In this document: one piece after another, positions 23,581 through 35,638 of the stretch
Layout of the letters: the number at the start of each line of letters is the position of its first letter
How positions within the stretch are numbered: the first letter of the stretch is position 1
From: Octopus sinensis
Lineage: Eukaryota
Assembly (NCBI RefSeq): GCF_006345805.1
Contig: NW_021835818.1
Span: 1 to 38,175, forward strand
Direction of reading: 5' to 3'
DNA: 38,175 nt
Program-made: the position numbers and the translations under genes
The notes under the pieces: generated by a model
The model's database searches: none
What the model was told of the DNA's origin: nothing
The model's input: only the letters and a program-made list of their open reading frames with translations

Positions 23581-24355
23581 AATCCTTATTTAGTCCTGAG
23601 TCAGGCGTAGTGATTAGACAATATGATAAAAGGATGAAAGGCGTAGCTCTATTTTTCGGCCCATTCTAAATGGTACTGCATTCCACGTTGTTCGGACCAT
23701 ATCTGACAGAATGCATAAATATTCACTATTCAAATGGTTTCCAGGCCTCCATGTCGGCTAACATTTTTTCAACTTTAACTTTTGTCTTTATGCACTCCAA
23801 CGCTATCGACTGTTCACTTATACATCAAGCTGTTCCTGAAAAAAGGAGACAAATTATCGTCAAATTTAGTCCGAATTCAACGCTTTGTTCCATTTTTTAA
23901 GACACGAAGGAAACTTGGCAGCTGCTATTCCGAGCAAGTCGAGCCATCGAATAGAATTCCACTCACATAAAAGTTGAGGTTTGCAACATAATTTAATATT
24001 TCATTCTTGGAGTTAATCTCGTATTTATTTTTGTTCTTTTGTTTTAAATTCTTTCCTTGAATTTAAAATGGTGACACAAAATGACCACGTAACTTAATCT
24101 TTTACTCTGTATAATAAAATTCCGTTTATTTTTTTCGTTTTTCTTCATTTCTTTTTCGCGCCTGTTTTCCTCTTTTTTCGACTTCTACCATTTTTTAAAA
24201 TTTTTCTGCAGGGTTTTGAAAAATCTTTGCAAACTTAATACGCAGATGTCATCAGGTTAGCCGAAAGCAAATCAATTTTAACAGCATTAATCGGCGACTC
24301 TACCATCGTATACTGCAGCTGTTGCCACTACCACAAATAACATAACCGCTAATAT

Positions 24356-24770
24356 ATTTCTTTACTACCCACACAAGGGGCTACACATAGAGGGACAGAC
24401 AAGAACAGACAAACGGATTAAGTCGATTACATCAACCCCAGTGTGTAACTGGTACTTAATTTATCGACCCCGAAAGGATGAAAGGCAAGTCAACCTCGAC
24501 GGAATTTGAACTCAGAACGTAACGGCAGACGAAATACCTATTTCTTTACTACCCATAAGGGGCTAAACACTGAGAGGACAAACAAGAACAGACAAACAGA
24601 TTAAGTCGATTATATCGACCCCAAGTGCGTAACTGGTACTTAATTTATCGACCCCGAAAGGATGAAAGGCAAAGTCGTCCTCGGCGGAATTTGAACTCAG
24701 AACGTAATGGCAGACGAAATGCGGCTACGCATTTCGCCCGGCATGCTAACGTTTCTGCCGGCTCGCCACC
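24356..24770 (-). mobile_element. Dimeric family A SINE
   Basis: Full head plus body, then a second body; junction at 24536/24537 identical to the one at 27940/27941. Confidence 0.9.
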
Positions 24771-24959
24771 AATAATGTCACATCCTTTACTACCACCACC
24801 ATCACAAAAATCATCACTCCATCATCACCTCCACCGTTACGCCTCCGCTCCTGCCGCTGCTGCCGTTACCACTATGACCAGGACCATCACCATCTTCAGC
24901 ATGAAGAAAGACCTGCACAGTGAGGAATATAAAACAGGTTAATGGCTAATATTTAATTG

Positions 24960-25165
24960 TTAAGGCGGCCAGCAGCCAGAAAAAACAATACTTTGTAGCA
25001 TTTTGTTTGTCTTTACGTTTTTGAGTTAAAATTCCGTCGGGATCGCCTTTGCCTTTTGGGGTCGATAAAATAAGTACCAGTTGAGCACTGGGGGGTGGAT
25101 GGTCGATCAAATCGACTTAGTCCCTCCCCCCACAATTGCTGGCCTTGTGCCATAAATTGAAACCA
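24960..25165 (+). mobile_element. Degenerate family A SINE
   Basis: AAGGCGGC head, GAGTTAAAATTCCG, GGGGTCGATAAAATAAGTACCAGTTGAGCACTGGGG. Confidence 0.75.
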
Positions 25166-25282
25166 ATATTATTTTAATTATCGGTTTTCGCAAGTCAGGG
25201 AGACTTCGTTTTGGTCTTATTAGACGTCCTTAGAAACAAAACAAAGATTCCGTACTAAAACAGGGCCGATTTAGACGTTAAA

Positions 25283-25302
25283 TAACAACAACAACAACAA
25301 CA

Positions 25303-25366
<64 letters not shown>
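25283..25366. repeat. (AAC)n(TAC)n microsatellite
   Basis: Visible repeats. Confidence 0.95.
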
Positions 25367-25874
25367 TTCACGTCACATATTCAAATATTTACATGTCCCA
25401 CACCCTGTATTAAATAAAGCAATAACAATGGTCGTTTTGTGGAGTTTTTATTGTAAATATTTCCCACAGAGACGCCCCGTGAGGCAAACGTTTTGGTGAC
25501 AGCTGAATTGATGGAGCTACGCCAAAGAAAGAAATAATATAAAAACATAACACATAACACCGAGATAGAGATAGAGAGAAAGATGGTGGTGGTGGGGGGT
25601 TAAGAGTATAGATATTTTTTTTATTCTTCTAAATGCGAAAATAGGAAATACAAAATGAAAGAAAACATTCTTAATAACCAAGTATTTAATTGAATGTTTT
25701 CAGAAAAAACATATTCTATGAACGTGGCAACGAGGGGAACCTTTAACAAGGCTACGAAGAAGTCTGAGTAGAACCAGGCAACGTGCATGTGTCCATGTGG
25801 TCACATGATCTGTTTGAAATAGTAAAGCTGATAACGCTGCCTCAAATCGCATCCAACCGTTATTAGTAATGTTG

Positions 25875-26028
25875 CTAAAGCGGCGAGCTAGCCGAATCGT
25901 TGGTACACCGAGTAAAATGCTTCGCGGCATTTTGTCCGTCTTTACGTTCTGATTTCAAATGCCGCCGAAGTTGATTTTGTCTTACATCCTTTCGGGGTCG
26001 ATAAATTAAGTATCAATCAAGTAGAAAG
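25875..26028 (+). mobile_element. Internally deleted family A SINE with a 16-bp target-site duplication
   Basis: GTTATTAGTAATGTTG at 25859-25874 and 26029-26044. Confidence 0.85.
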
Positions 26029-26154
26029 GTTATTAGTAATGTTGTTATTGTTGTTGTTTAGATTCAGTTCAGCCCTGATTGAGTCGATCTATAATAATTA
26101 TAATTTATGGTGTAGCCATGACTATTCCTGCTCTATCTATGGCAGATCTATTCC

Positions 26155-28492
26155 ACAATAGCCTCTACATCGTAGAACGGGTCAAATAAAGAACTAGCTT
26201 GGGTGGGGCACTAATCATTTTGAATCAATTCAAAGTTTTCGACACGGTTGACCATCGCTACTGAGTGGCTATCCTAAGAGCAGTCGGTTTTGGTCCCATC
26301 TTGTGAGGCTGGCTACCTACAATGTGCAGCGGCATTTGTTCGGTGGTCAAACTAAACAGCCATCTCTCGGAACTGTTTAGAACAAAATTCTTGGTCCGTC
26401 AAAAACACTTGCTCTTATTTTTTCTTGTATGTTTTAGCCCTGGAGTTATTACTACAGATTATTGTGACTTTGAAGGGCATCTCACTCGAATGAGTCACAG
26501 GTGAGTTGTGTCGGTATATGATGATGACATCTCCTTCATGGTGTCCAATACTTCGAATACAGAAGCGGTCAACACTATATTGTAAAGGTATCTTGAGTGT
26601 ATGGGAGCTCACAGCAATCGAAATAAATCAGTGGGCTTGCGACTTGATACCAGGAGATGCAGGACTATACTAATCAATGGCAATTTTGGTCATTAGACCG
26701 AAGGAACAGTTAAAGTATTCGGATTTTGGTTTGGACCGGAACTCCAAGTAGTTCAGAACTAGGAAGAGGTCACGCAAATGGTAGCCAGTCTTATTCAGGA
26801 GTGGAAGAAAATGAAGTTGACTATGAAAGGTCGGGTGGACATGCTAATGCTTGCATTGTCTCTGTGCTGTATTATCAGTCAACCATCAAACCTTGCCTCC
26901 GCCCCAAAATATCTGACCAGGCTGCAGAGTATTGTGCTTTTTAACGAAGGGACAGATTTTAATAGCCAGAAAGTCTATCTGCTGCCAACCCCTACTTCAT
27001 GTTGGTCTCGGGATACCTTCGCTGACCATGCGCAGTCACACTCTGTCGCTGCAGAAATATCCTGACCACAGACGGTGATGGCGATGGTAAAAATGAGGCT
27101 AAAATGACGTGGGCATCTTTCGTGAACACTTATCATGCTGCATTTTTGGGTCAAGAGTGAACTGATGTTCGGCGCTTGGCATCTAGATTGCTGCCAGATG
27201 CTTATTCACAGCACAGTCCCGGCTGGACAACAGTCAAGTGGAAAGCGGTTTAGGGGAGGGTGTGAGCGACGATGATTTGGGAGCAATTCTGTCCGTTGAC
27301 GGGAGGAGTTCATAAATAGTCTCTTCTGGAATACTTTGAAGTCGTGGACTATGGACAATTTCTAAAAGTCATTGGCAAGGCAGTGCTATATGGGTCATGA
27401 CCTGTTCGAGACAAGCTCTACTAGTATGGAAGTGTTAACAACTGAACTATTACGAGTTGCGCGCTAGGAGACGAAACCGTCCTGTCGCCATTGTTCAATT
27501 ACTGATTTGTAGGTTTCTGAAGAATAATTGCTACCAGGTGTAGAACGGTTAGATTTTCTTTAGTGAAAATCGGCACGTCACCATCCGTTGACAGGTGAAA
27601 GGTAGCCATTCTTCCTCTAGTGGCTGTCGTTAAACAAGTGTTGTTGTGGGATAATCCGAAAGGTTTGAAGTAGTCATCTTCTCTGAGCAAGTCTCATCAA
27701 CTTATAAGGCGGCAAGCTGGCAGAAACGTTAGCACGCCGGACGAAATGCTTAGCGGTATTTCGTCTGCCGTTACGTTCTGAGTTCAAATTCCGCCGGGGT
27801 CGACTTTGCCTTTCATCCTTTCGGGGTCGATTAAATAATTACTGGTTACGCACTGGGGTCGATATAATCGACTTAATCCGTTTGGCTGTCCTTGTTTGTC
27901 CTCTCTGTGTTTAGCCTCTTGTGGGTAGTAAAGAAATAGGTATTTCGTCTGTCTTTACTTTCTGAGTTCAAATTCCGCCGAGGTCGACTTTGCCTTTCAT
28001 CCTTTCGGGGTCGATTAAATAAGTACCAGTCACACACTGGGGTCGATATAATCGACTTAATCCGTTTGTCTGTTCTTGTTCGTCTCCTCTGTGTTTAGCC
28101 CCTTGTGGGCAGTAAAGAAAAAGTCTCATCAACTTCTTCACATACCTCTTCAAGAGGAAGTAGAGGCTACAGAATGAGGCACTGGCGTCTAGTGTGCTTA
28201 ACGAAAAGTGGAATTAGAGTAGCGAGACCGGTAACTTACTCTGAACAGTTTTTATAAGTAGGACAAAACATTTTTGATGCTTTGGATGTGACAGAGTGAT
28301 GTGGGCCTTTGTGTGGGGTTTCCTTCGAATTATACTGAGTGGTCTTTTTCTTCATTGGGGGATATTCCCTTTCCTTCTTGGATTTGAGTTTTGCTTCTTT
28401 ATGTCCTGTATTTCTGTTGACGCTTTAAACCCCACTGTTGTGCGTTTGTATGTGCTATCCTCAATGTCTTGGGCCCTTACAAACAACCAGAA

Positions 28493-28493
<1 letters not shown>
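26155..28493 (+). mobile_element. Heavily decayed L1-clade (Tx1-like) LINE, copy i, interrupted by a SINE
   Basis: 26155-26400 aligns by eye with 29630-29900 (GTAGAACGGGTC, CATCGCTA, GTCAAA..GCCA.CTCTCGGAAC); 28140-28240 parallels 30600-30700. The T-rich 28250-28493 is inferred to be its 3'UTR. Confidence 0.7.
27704..28120 (+). mobile_element. Dimeric family A SINE with a 15-bp target-site duplication, inserted in the Tx1-like remnant
   Basis: AAGTCTCATCAACTT at 27689-27703 and 28121-28135. Confidence 0.93.

Positions 28494-28563
<70 letters not shown>
28494..28563. repeat. (TTA)n tract
   Basis: Visible run. Confidence 0.97.
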
Positions 28564-28565
<2 letters not shown>

Positions 28566-28800
28566 GTATGACTTTTGCGCTGTATTTGTACAAGATGGCT
28601 CCAAGTCTCACCTAAAGACCCCAAGAGACAACAAATTAGAGGTTCATGTTGGTGTTATGCCTAGGGTGCCATATATTTGGTTTTGTACATAGTATTGTTC
28701 TAGAGAAGGCTTAAGAAAATATAAGAAAATTATAGACAGTATTTTACGCAGGATATGGGCAGTTCCCATGAGCACTATCTTTTGAATTTCTGCTATTTTG

Positions 28801-28801
<1 letters not shown>
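28564..28801 (-). mobile_element. Short 5'-truncated R4/Dong copy (same subfamily as 10763-14790)
   Basis: KIAEIQKIVLMGTAHILRKILSI plus a 3'UTR homologous to 10763-10880; (TAA)n on both sides. Confidence 0.92.
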
Positions 28802-28832
<31 letters not shown>

Positions 28833-28834
28833 CA

Positions 28835-28904
<70 letters not shown>

Positions 28905-28912
28905 CATTATCA
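28802..28912. repeat. (TTA)n tract
   Basis: Visible run. Confidence 0.97.
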
Positions 28913-28924
28913 TTTATTAATTAA

Positions 28925-30723
28925 CAATAGGTGGTGGGTCTCCTTGAAAAGGAAAACCAGAGAGGTGTCAATTAGTTTTAGCCAAGAGATTCCTTTAGAA
29001 AACAATAAAATCGAAAAGAAACTAGTTAGTAACTTAGAAGGGGCACATAAAAGTGGGGTTGCAAATGACGTGCTAGCGGCGAGAATGACCCTCGATCAAT
29101 TATTTCTTTGACGTAAAATATGAAGGCTGTATTGTCCGAGCTAGGGTGCGTGCCTTGAAACATGAAGGATCAAAAGCCGTTGGTTGGGCCTGGGTAGCCG
29201 AGGCACAGCATAGAAACAAATCTAGGATGCGCTCTGTGACGGACCGTAGTGGCCATGTGCACGCCAATTCCAGACATGAACGCAGTGTTTCGGCAGTATT
29301 TCGCAGACCTCTTTGCGAGGAGTGGCATTCTTAACACAGCGGGCTTTGAAGCTTACGTCGAGGGTAAAAAAATCTATCGGACAAAAATATTGAGTGCTAT
29401 GGGAAGCAAATTTCAGTGGAGAAAGTGGAAGACACACTGGGCCGCTGTGAGGGGCGCAATTTACCAGGATTGGATGGTCTGTCCTATGAACTATATGCTC
29501 ACATGCCGGACTTGTTTGTTCCCATTACTCTACTCAACACTGAGTTAAAAATTTAAACTAAGGTGCTTGCCAAGTAGCTAGCGCTTGTCGGTAGTATAGT
29601 CGGGGATGCACAAACCTGTGCGATCCCCAGTAGATTTATCCCCCATAATCTCCACCACATGCGATACACCGTAGAACGGGTCGGGAATAGATCGGTCTTT
29701 GGAGTGCACTGGTGAATTTGGACCATTCCAAAGCTTTTGACAGGGTGGAGCATCGCTATCTGACGTCTGTGCTAAAAGCTGTCGGTTTCGGTTCCGTCTT
29801 CAGAGGCTGCATCACCACAATATATAGTGGCATCTGCTCGGTTGTCAAATTGAATGGCCACCTCTCGGAACCTTTCAGTATTGAGCGGTCAGTACGCCAA
29901 GGATGTCCCCTCTCTCCGCTTTTATATATTTTAGCTTTAGAGCCCTTGCTGCGAAGGATGGAGAACTTGGGGGATATCCCGCTGGAACTAGGTCACAGGA
30001 GAGCTGTGTCTGCATATGCGGACGATGTCACTGTCGTAGCATCAGTCTCTTCGGACAAAGAAAAGATCGACATTATACAGAAAGAATATCAAGAATGCAC
30101 CGGAGTACTCATAAACCAGGACAAGTCAGTAGGTCTGCAACTAGGCTCATGGAGAGGCAAGTCGACTAGCAGCGATTTCTGTCACTGGACGGAGGGTCCA
30201 GTGAAAGTACTCGGAGTCTGATTCGGACCAGATCTCCAGGTAGGAACGGGGAAGAGGTCATGACTAGGGATTGCCCACTCACCCAGAAATGGGTAGAAAG
30301 GAAGCTGTCGCTGAAAGTTTACTGCTGCCTAGCCGTTGTACTTTGTCATAAGAAAACTCTGATCAGACTGGAGCGTTCGCTTTTCCGATTTTTATGGAAA
30401 GGCCAGGTTTTGCTGGTCAGAAAACCCATCTGTTGTGAACAGCAACACCGTGGTGTTCGTGGGATGCCATCCTTAATGATGTGGCGCCACGCTTTGAGGT
30501 TGTCGCACAGGCAAAAGCATCTACAAAAATAACCGTTAGCGGGAACACAACCCAAGATTTCTATAGGGAGCTAGTTGAGAGCATAAGTGATGATGGCTTA
30601 GGATTGAAAAGGAAGGCGAGGGTAGAGGAGGAGGTGCAGCCTTCTAGTGTGTTTATCAAAAGGTGGTTGACAGTGGCAAGACTGGTGAGACTAAATGGAT
30701 CTAATCTGAGTATGCTTTTCTAA
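28925..30723 (+). mobile_element. Decayed 5'-truncated L1-clade (Tx1-like) LINE, copy ii, RT region
   Basis: RWWVSLK, PGLDGLSYELY (frameshifted), LLNTELKI, NLDHSKAFDRVEH, SVRQGCPLSPLLY, AYADDVT; multiple stops and frameshifts. Confidence 0.88.
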
Positions 30724-30769
30724 GCAGGAGGAAAGAAACTGGAAGATGATGATGAGAATAACCTTTGCA

Positions 30770-31330
30770 TGCATACATACATACATACATACATGCATAC
30801 ATACAAACATGTACATACATACATACACACATAGATAAGTACGTACAAAGATACATACATACGTACGTGTATATATGTATATATACACACACATTCAAAC
30901 GTATGTACATGCATATATACTTACTTACGTACATGCATGTATACATACATACGTTCGTACATAAATTCATACATATGAACATATATACACACGCATACGT
31001 ACATTCATACATATATACATAAGAATTTTTTGTGTAATAAGATAAAAAAACCAAGGCTGTATATATATATATTAGAACATTTATAGATAGGTCTGGAATT
31101 TAACTATGGTCTGTCTATAGCACTTAATCAGCATTACCTGACACCTTTGGGTCTCAGTGTCAGTGACAACATTATCTCTTATAACCTCAACTCCTCGCTA
31201 CATATGTACATGTATATATATATATATATATCTATATCTATCTATCTATATATATATATATATATATATCTTCATACATACATGCGTGCACATATATACA
31301 TACATACATACATTCATATACATGCATATA
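30770..31330. repeat. (TACA)/(TA) compound microsatellites
   Basis: Visible repeats with a unique island at about 31030-31200. Confidence 0.88.
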
Positions 31331-32063
31331 TACACTACCAGAGAAGACACTTGTATTTTACTTTGAAATCTGTTCGTGACTTTTGTTTAGTTTTCGATGT
31401 AATAAACCTTACGACTAACAGCCGTCTCCACTCAAAGTCTGTAATTTACCAATATTGTTTTACAAAGTCTTGTTTCCGTTGTTTATTTTTGTTTGTTACT
31501 GTTTTTTTTTTTTGCCGTTGCTACTGCTGTTTCTGTTGATGTTGCTACTGTTGAATGTCGATGATGGTGTTGCCGTCTGTTAGTTTATGTGCTGTCAGAC
31601 ATGCCAATGTAAACACGATCGAAGAGTGTGTGTGACTATCTACCACGTTAGTGCAATGTAGTTAGAGCATGGAGTTGTGATGTTGTATTGTTTTCATGAG
31701 GCGGGGTTGTTACTAAATAATAATGACGATAAAAGTAAATATATAAAGATACGAATAAAAGAATTAATGCGAATCTTCAACATATATTAAAATCCTTGAA
31801 TGCATATAAATTTAACTGTTGTTACACACACACTCACAAACACGCACGCACGCGCACACACGCACGCGCACACACGCACGCGCACACACGCACGCGTACA
31901 CACAAGTATACACATATACATACACCAGAGTAGGCACACAAATGTGAAACAAGGTAGAAAAATAGTACTCAAATACCAGAGTAGAGTAATAAAACTGTCC
32001 GACGAACGGGAAAGTGAAACTCTGAGTAAAAATGTTTGTGATTTTTTATTGCTTTTTAATAAA

Positions 32064-32094
<31 letters not shown>

Positions 32095-32098
<4 letters not shown>

Positions 32099-32303
32099 TT
32101 TGATGTGACCGCGTGTATATCGTTGGCGATTTTCTTTCTCCGTCTTCGCCTCTTTGGACTTTTTCTATATTTCTGACGAAGAGCTCCGCTCGAAACGTGA
32201 AATCCTCTTTCTCTTTTTTCCTTTCCTGAACGTCCAATAACACAGTACTTATTCTACGTCATCGTGTTGTTGTTTCTTCTTGTTTGTTTATGTCTGGAAT
32301 GAC

Positions 32304-32304
<1 letters not shown>
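32095..32304 (+). mobile_element. About 210-bp hammerhead-bearing non-coding element flanked by (TA)n on both sides (PLE terminal-repeat-like)
   Basis: (TA)n at 32065-32094 and 32305-32342; internal hammerhead motif. Family identity is an inference. Confidence 0.5.
32169..32203 (+). ncRNA. Minimal type I hammerhead-like motif, probably inactive as written
   Basis: AUUU-CUGACGA-A-GAGC(UCC)GCUC-GAAA-CG-U-G-AAAU: stem I AUUU/AAAU, stem II GAGC/GCUC, palindromic ACGU stem III; position 17 is G. Confidence 0.6.
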
Positions 32305-32341
<37 letters not shown>

Positions 32342-32752
32342 ATTCTATTTTGGAAGTTGGCTGCCCTCTGGACACTAACGTGGTTAGAAAAGCACTAGAG
32401 AGAGAATTTTATGGACCATTGATAAGGAGTTTGCAAAACCAGTACCTAACATCCAAGGTCACCTTCAGACCTTTTATTATTTGACCAACACGATACACAC
32501 CAACCCGTCTGGAGCAAATTATGGCTGTATTTGGGCTCTTGTAGAGAGAATGCAAATCCTTAATTTTTTTCACAGTATAAATGATCACAGTATCTCGGAT
32601 TATAAAAATTTGTAAATCTTCTTAATATTTAAAAGATGATTGCTACAACAAGATACTTGCTTTCACTACCTTTCTACCAAGTAGGCGGCCGGTCAAAATT
32701 TTCTCTAAAATAAAAAGAATAAGAGAACACGTACACATACACAAATGCATAA

Positions 32753-32803
<51 letters not shown>

Positions 32804-33330
32804 TCTGCCAAATTTTCGTTTCACCTCACTAGTTCCTCCCCGGATAGCAAGTGCTTGGAAGTAATTTTTTCACATGATCTTTTCTTCAAACCCATATATA
32901 ACTAGACGTAAAAGAAATAAAGAAAATATTTTATTCGTTATCAAATATGTTCTGATCGACAAATTGTGAGTGACATTTTTATACGTCTACTGAATGTAGA
33001 AATTTCGATGAATCTTTAGTTTTTCATCTTGGCAAGTCTCTAGACAATTACTTTTGATGTGAGAATCACCAATTCTTTTGTGAATCTATTTTTCTGTCTC
33101 TCTCTCCCACTCCTTCCTTATATATCACACTCCACTCACACAAATTCTTTCTATCTCAAACTCACACACATAATACATACATGCATACATATACATAATA
33201 CATACATAGACATACATACACATGCATAATACATATACCGAACTAGCTTTTTCTTAGAATATCATATTTCTTATTTCACTTTGAATTTAACCAATTTTAG
33301 ATTGTCTTGATAACATTGTATTAACATGTA

Positions 33331-33822
33331 TTGGGTTGTCCGGAAAGTTCTTGCCGATTTTTAAAGGAAAGAAAAAGGTCAATAAATACTTGCCATTACA
33401 TTTTTAATCAGCCAAATATGAACCATTTTGTTGCACAATGCGCCTCCATCTTTCCTTTAACTTGAAAATATCCTCTTCCCAGAATTGAGGTAGTTTCATG
33501 GCAAAGAATTCATCAAGGTAGCTTTTTTATGTCATCCAAGGAATTGAAATATTTACCATTAAGACTATTCTGCAGAGACCTGAATAAGTGGAATTCCGAA
33601 GGAGGAATATCTGGGGAATATGGAGGGTGGGGTAACACATCCCAAAGGGTTACAGAATTAACACAGGTTATAGGAACATAAACCTTCTTCCACGAAAAGA
33701 TATCTTAAACTGTGCTCTAAATGGAGGTGTAGTCAAATCCTATTTTATGGACTCAACCATGCTCTAAAATAAGTCGAAATGTAAGCTACTATAAATCGGC
33801 ACGAACATTCCGGACAACCCAA
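33331..33822 (-). mobile_element. Internally deleted mariner element, 492 bp, copy 2
   Basis: Same TIRs with TA on both sides; colinear with 7633-8124 without indels, roughly 95% identical by eye. Confidence 0.93.
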
Positions 33823-33927
33823 TACTTTCTGTAGCCTTGGCACCAGATCCCCTAATAAACAGATTTAACGTAATGAAGCAATTCACTAACAACTTCTTAA
33901 TCCTTTCATATTTGAAATCCTGTCGAA

Positions 33928-34059
33928 CATGGTTTCGGGTTCAGTCCCACTGCGTAGCACCTTGGGCAAGTGTCTTCTACTATAGCCTCGGGCCGACCAA
34001 AGCCTTGTGAGTGGATTTGGTAGACAGAAACTGAAAGAAGCCCGTCGTATATATACATA

Positions 34060-34115
<56 letters not shown>

Positions 34116-34132
34116 TGACATATACATATACT

Positions 34133-34176
<44 letters not shown>

Positions 34177-34280
34177 GTGTGTGTGTGTGTGTATGTTTGT
34201 GTGTCTGTGTTTGTCCTCCCAACATCGCTTGACAACCGATGCTGGTGTGTTTACGTCCCCGTACTTAGCGGTTCGGCCCC
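33928..34280 (+). mobile_element. Family B SINE, truncated at both ends, with expanded internal (TA)/(TG)
   Basis: CATGGTTTCGGGTTCAGTCCCACTGCG..CCTTGGGCAAGTGTCTT..GTACTTAGCGGTTCGGC. Confidence 0.9.
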
Positions 34281-34390
34281 GGACAATGGCTTGTGTACTT
34301 GAGAAAAACGCTTCATTTCAAGTCACTCCAGTTCACTCAGAGGGCAAAAATGAGTTATTCTGTGAGGGATTGGCGACCCGCCCGGGGTTA
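34281..34390 (+). mobile_element. Family C SINE fragment fused to the preceding family B copy
   Basis: TTGTGTACTTGAGAAAAACGCTTCATTTCAAGTCACTCCAGTTCACTCAG..CAAAAATGA parallels 7345-7410. Confidence 0.6.
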
Positions 34391-34391
34391 A

Positions 34392-34426
<35 letters not shown>

Positions 34427-34468
34427 ATATATACATATATATACATACATACATATATATATATATAT

Positions 34469-34516
<48 letters not shown>

Positions 34517-35269
34517 GTATATACACTCTCATACACACACACACACATATATATAAAGGCATATATCGTTGTATATGTATGTACTTCATTTTGCATATCT
34601 ATACGCAGACATAAAGAACTCTATGTCTACGTGCTTGTATGCAAGTGCATAATTTAATTAACATATGTATTTATTAATATTTTTTGATTAAAAAAACTTA
34701 CGTCTATATATATAAAGTGTGCACGTGGATGCATGTTTGTGCACACTTGTGTGTATTTATGCATATGTGTGTGTATGTCTCTGCGCACTTAAACGTTCGT
34801 CGTCAGGCACATACGAATGGCTCCTATGCGACCGCATGCAATCCAGGCCATGCGATGGTCTGTTGTAAATCTATACTTTACATTGACCCAATTTCTTTTA
34901 TAGAAACCATTTAAATAAACTCACAGACAACACACAATGTGTGCTATTTATATCCCAACGTAAAGATGCACGCCCAGAATCAAAATGATTTTATCGTAAA
35001 TTCCTTAAACATCTGTCTAAATCACCACCCACTATTTTTCCCATATGGATACATTTATAATTCCTCCACGGGGTGCTCTAGGAGAATTCTCCATAGAATT
35101 ATTTTATATAAATTTATTAAAATATTTTTCTATAGAAGACCACCTTATTTGCTACCCGCTTGGAGTCTTAAATTTTATGTTATATCTGTCATCATTTAAT
35201 TATTTTAGTTATTGGACATCAGTAATGCTCGAGCCCCGCATTAAAGGGATTAGTCGATAAAGTTAAAAA

Positions 35270-35585
35270 GGTAAAAGCCCCTGAATGACCATGGAATTGC
35301 ACCTAGAAAGTAGCCCCCGAGCAAGGTTGTTTATGGAAGACCAGCAATCTCTCATGCACACTAGCCTTACTTCTTCATGCCACTGATGATATTCAAGGGA
35401 AAGGCAAAGGGGCCGAAACAGCTTGGCATCAGTGACGTCGCAAATCATTTCTAAAGCTGAGTGAATTGGAGCAACACGAAATAAAGTGTCTTGCTGAAGA
35501 ACACAACACATAGCTCGGTCCGGGAATCGAACTAACTAATTTATGATTTTGGGTCCGACGCTCTAACCACTAAGCCGTGCGCCTT
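35270..35585 (-). mobile_element. tRNA-derived SINE with a family C-like head and a different 3' region
   Basis: Minus strand AAGGCGCACGGCTTAGTGGTTAGAGCG..GTTCGATTCCCGG..GCAAGACACTTTATTTC. Confidence 0.8.
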
Positions 35586-35638
35586 TGGGAGACAAAGACT
35601 GGCAAAAAGACTCACAGAGTGAACGTAAAATCTGGATA

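Noticed and set aside
23670-23970. Short ORFs in unique sequence (also 22767-23012, 32284-32484, 19547-19700)
   Set aside because: No recognisable domain, no codon bias and no consistent splice frame; could be very old TE debris but cannot be supported.
24249-24255. Other CTGATGA/TCATCAG heptamers (24249, 17494, 18948, 35376, 8703)
   Set aside because: No correctly placed stem II followed by GAAA and UH, so they are not hammerheads.
25401-25409. CACCCTGTA Tc1-like terminus
   Set aside because: A 9-bp match with no partner end or internal homology in the window.
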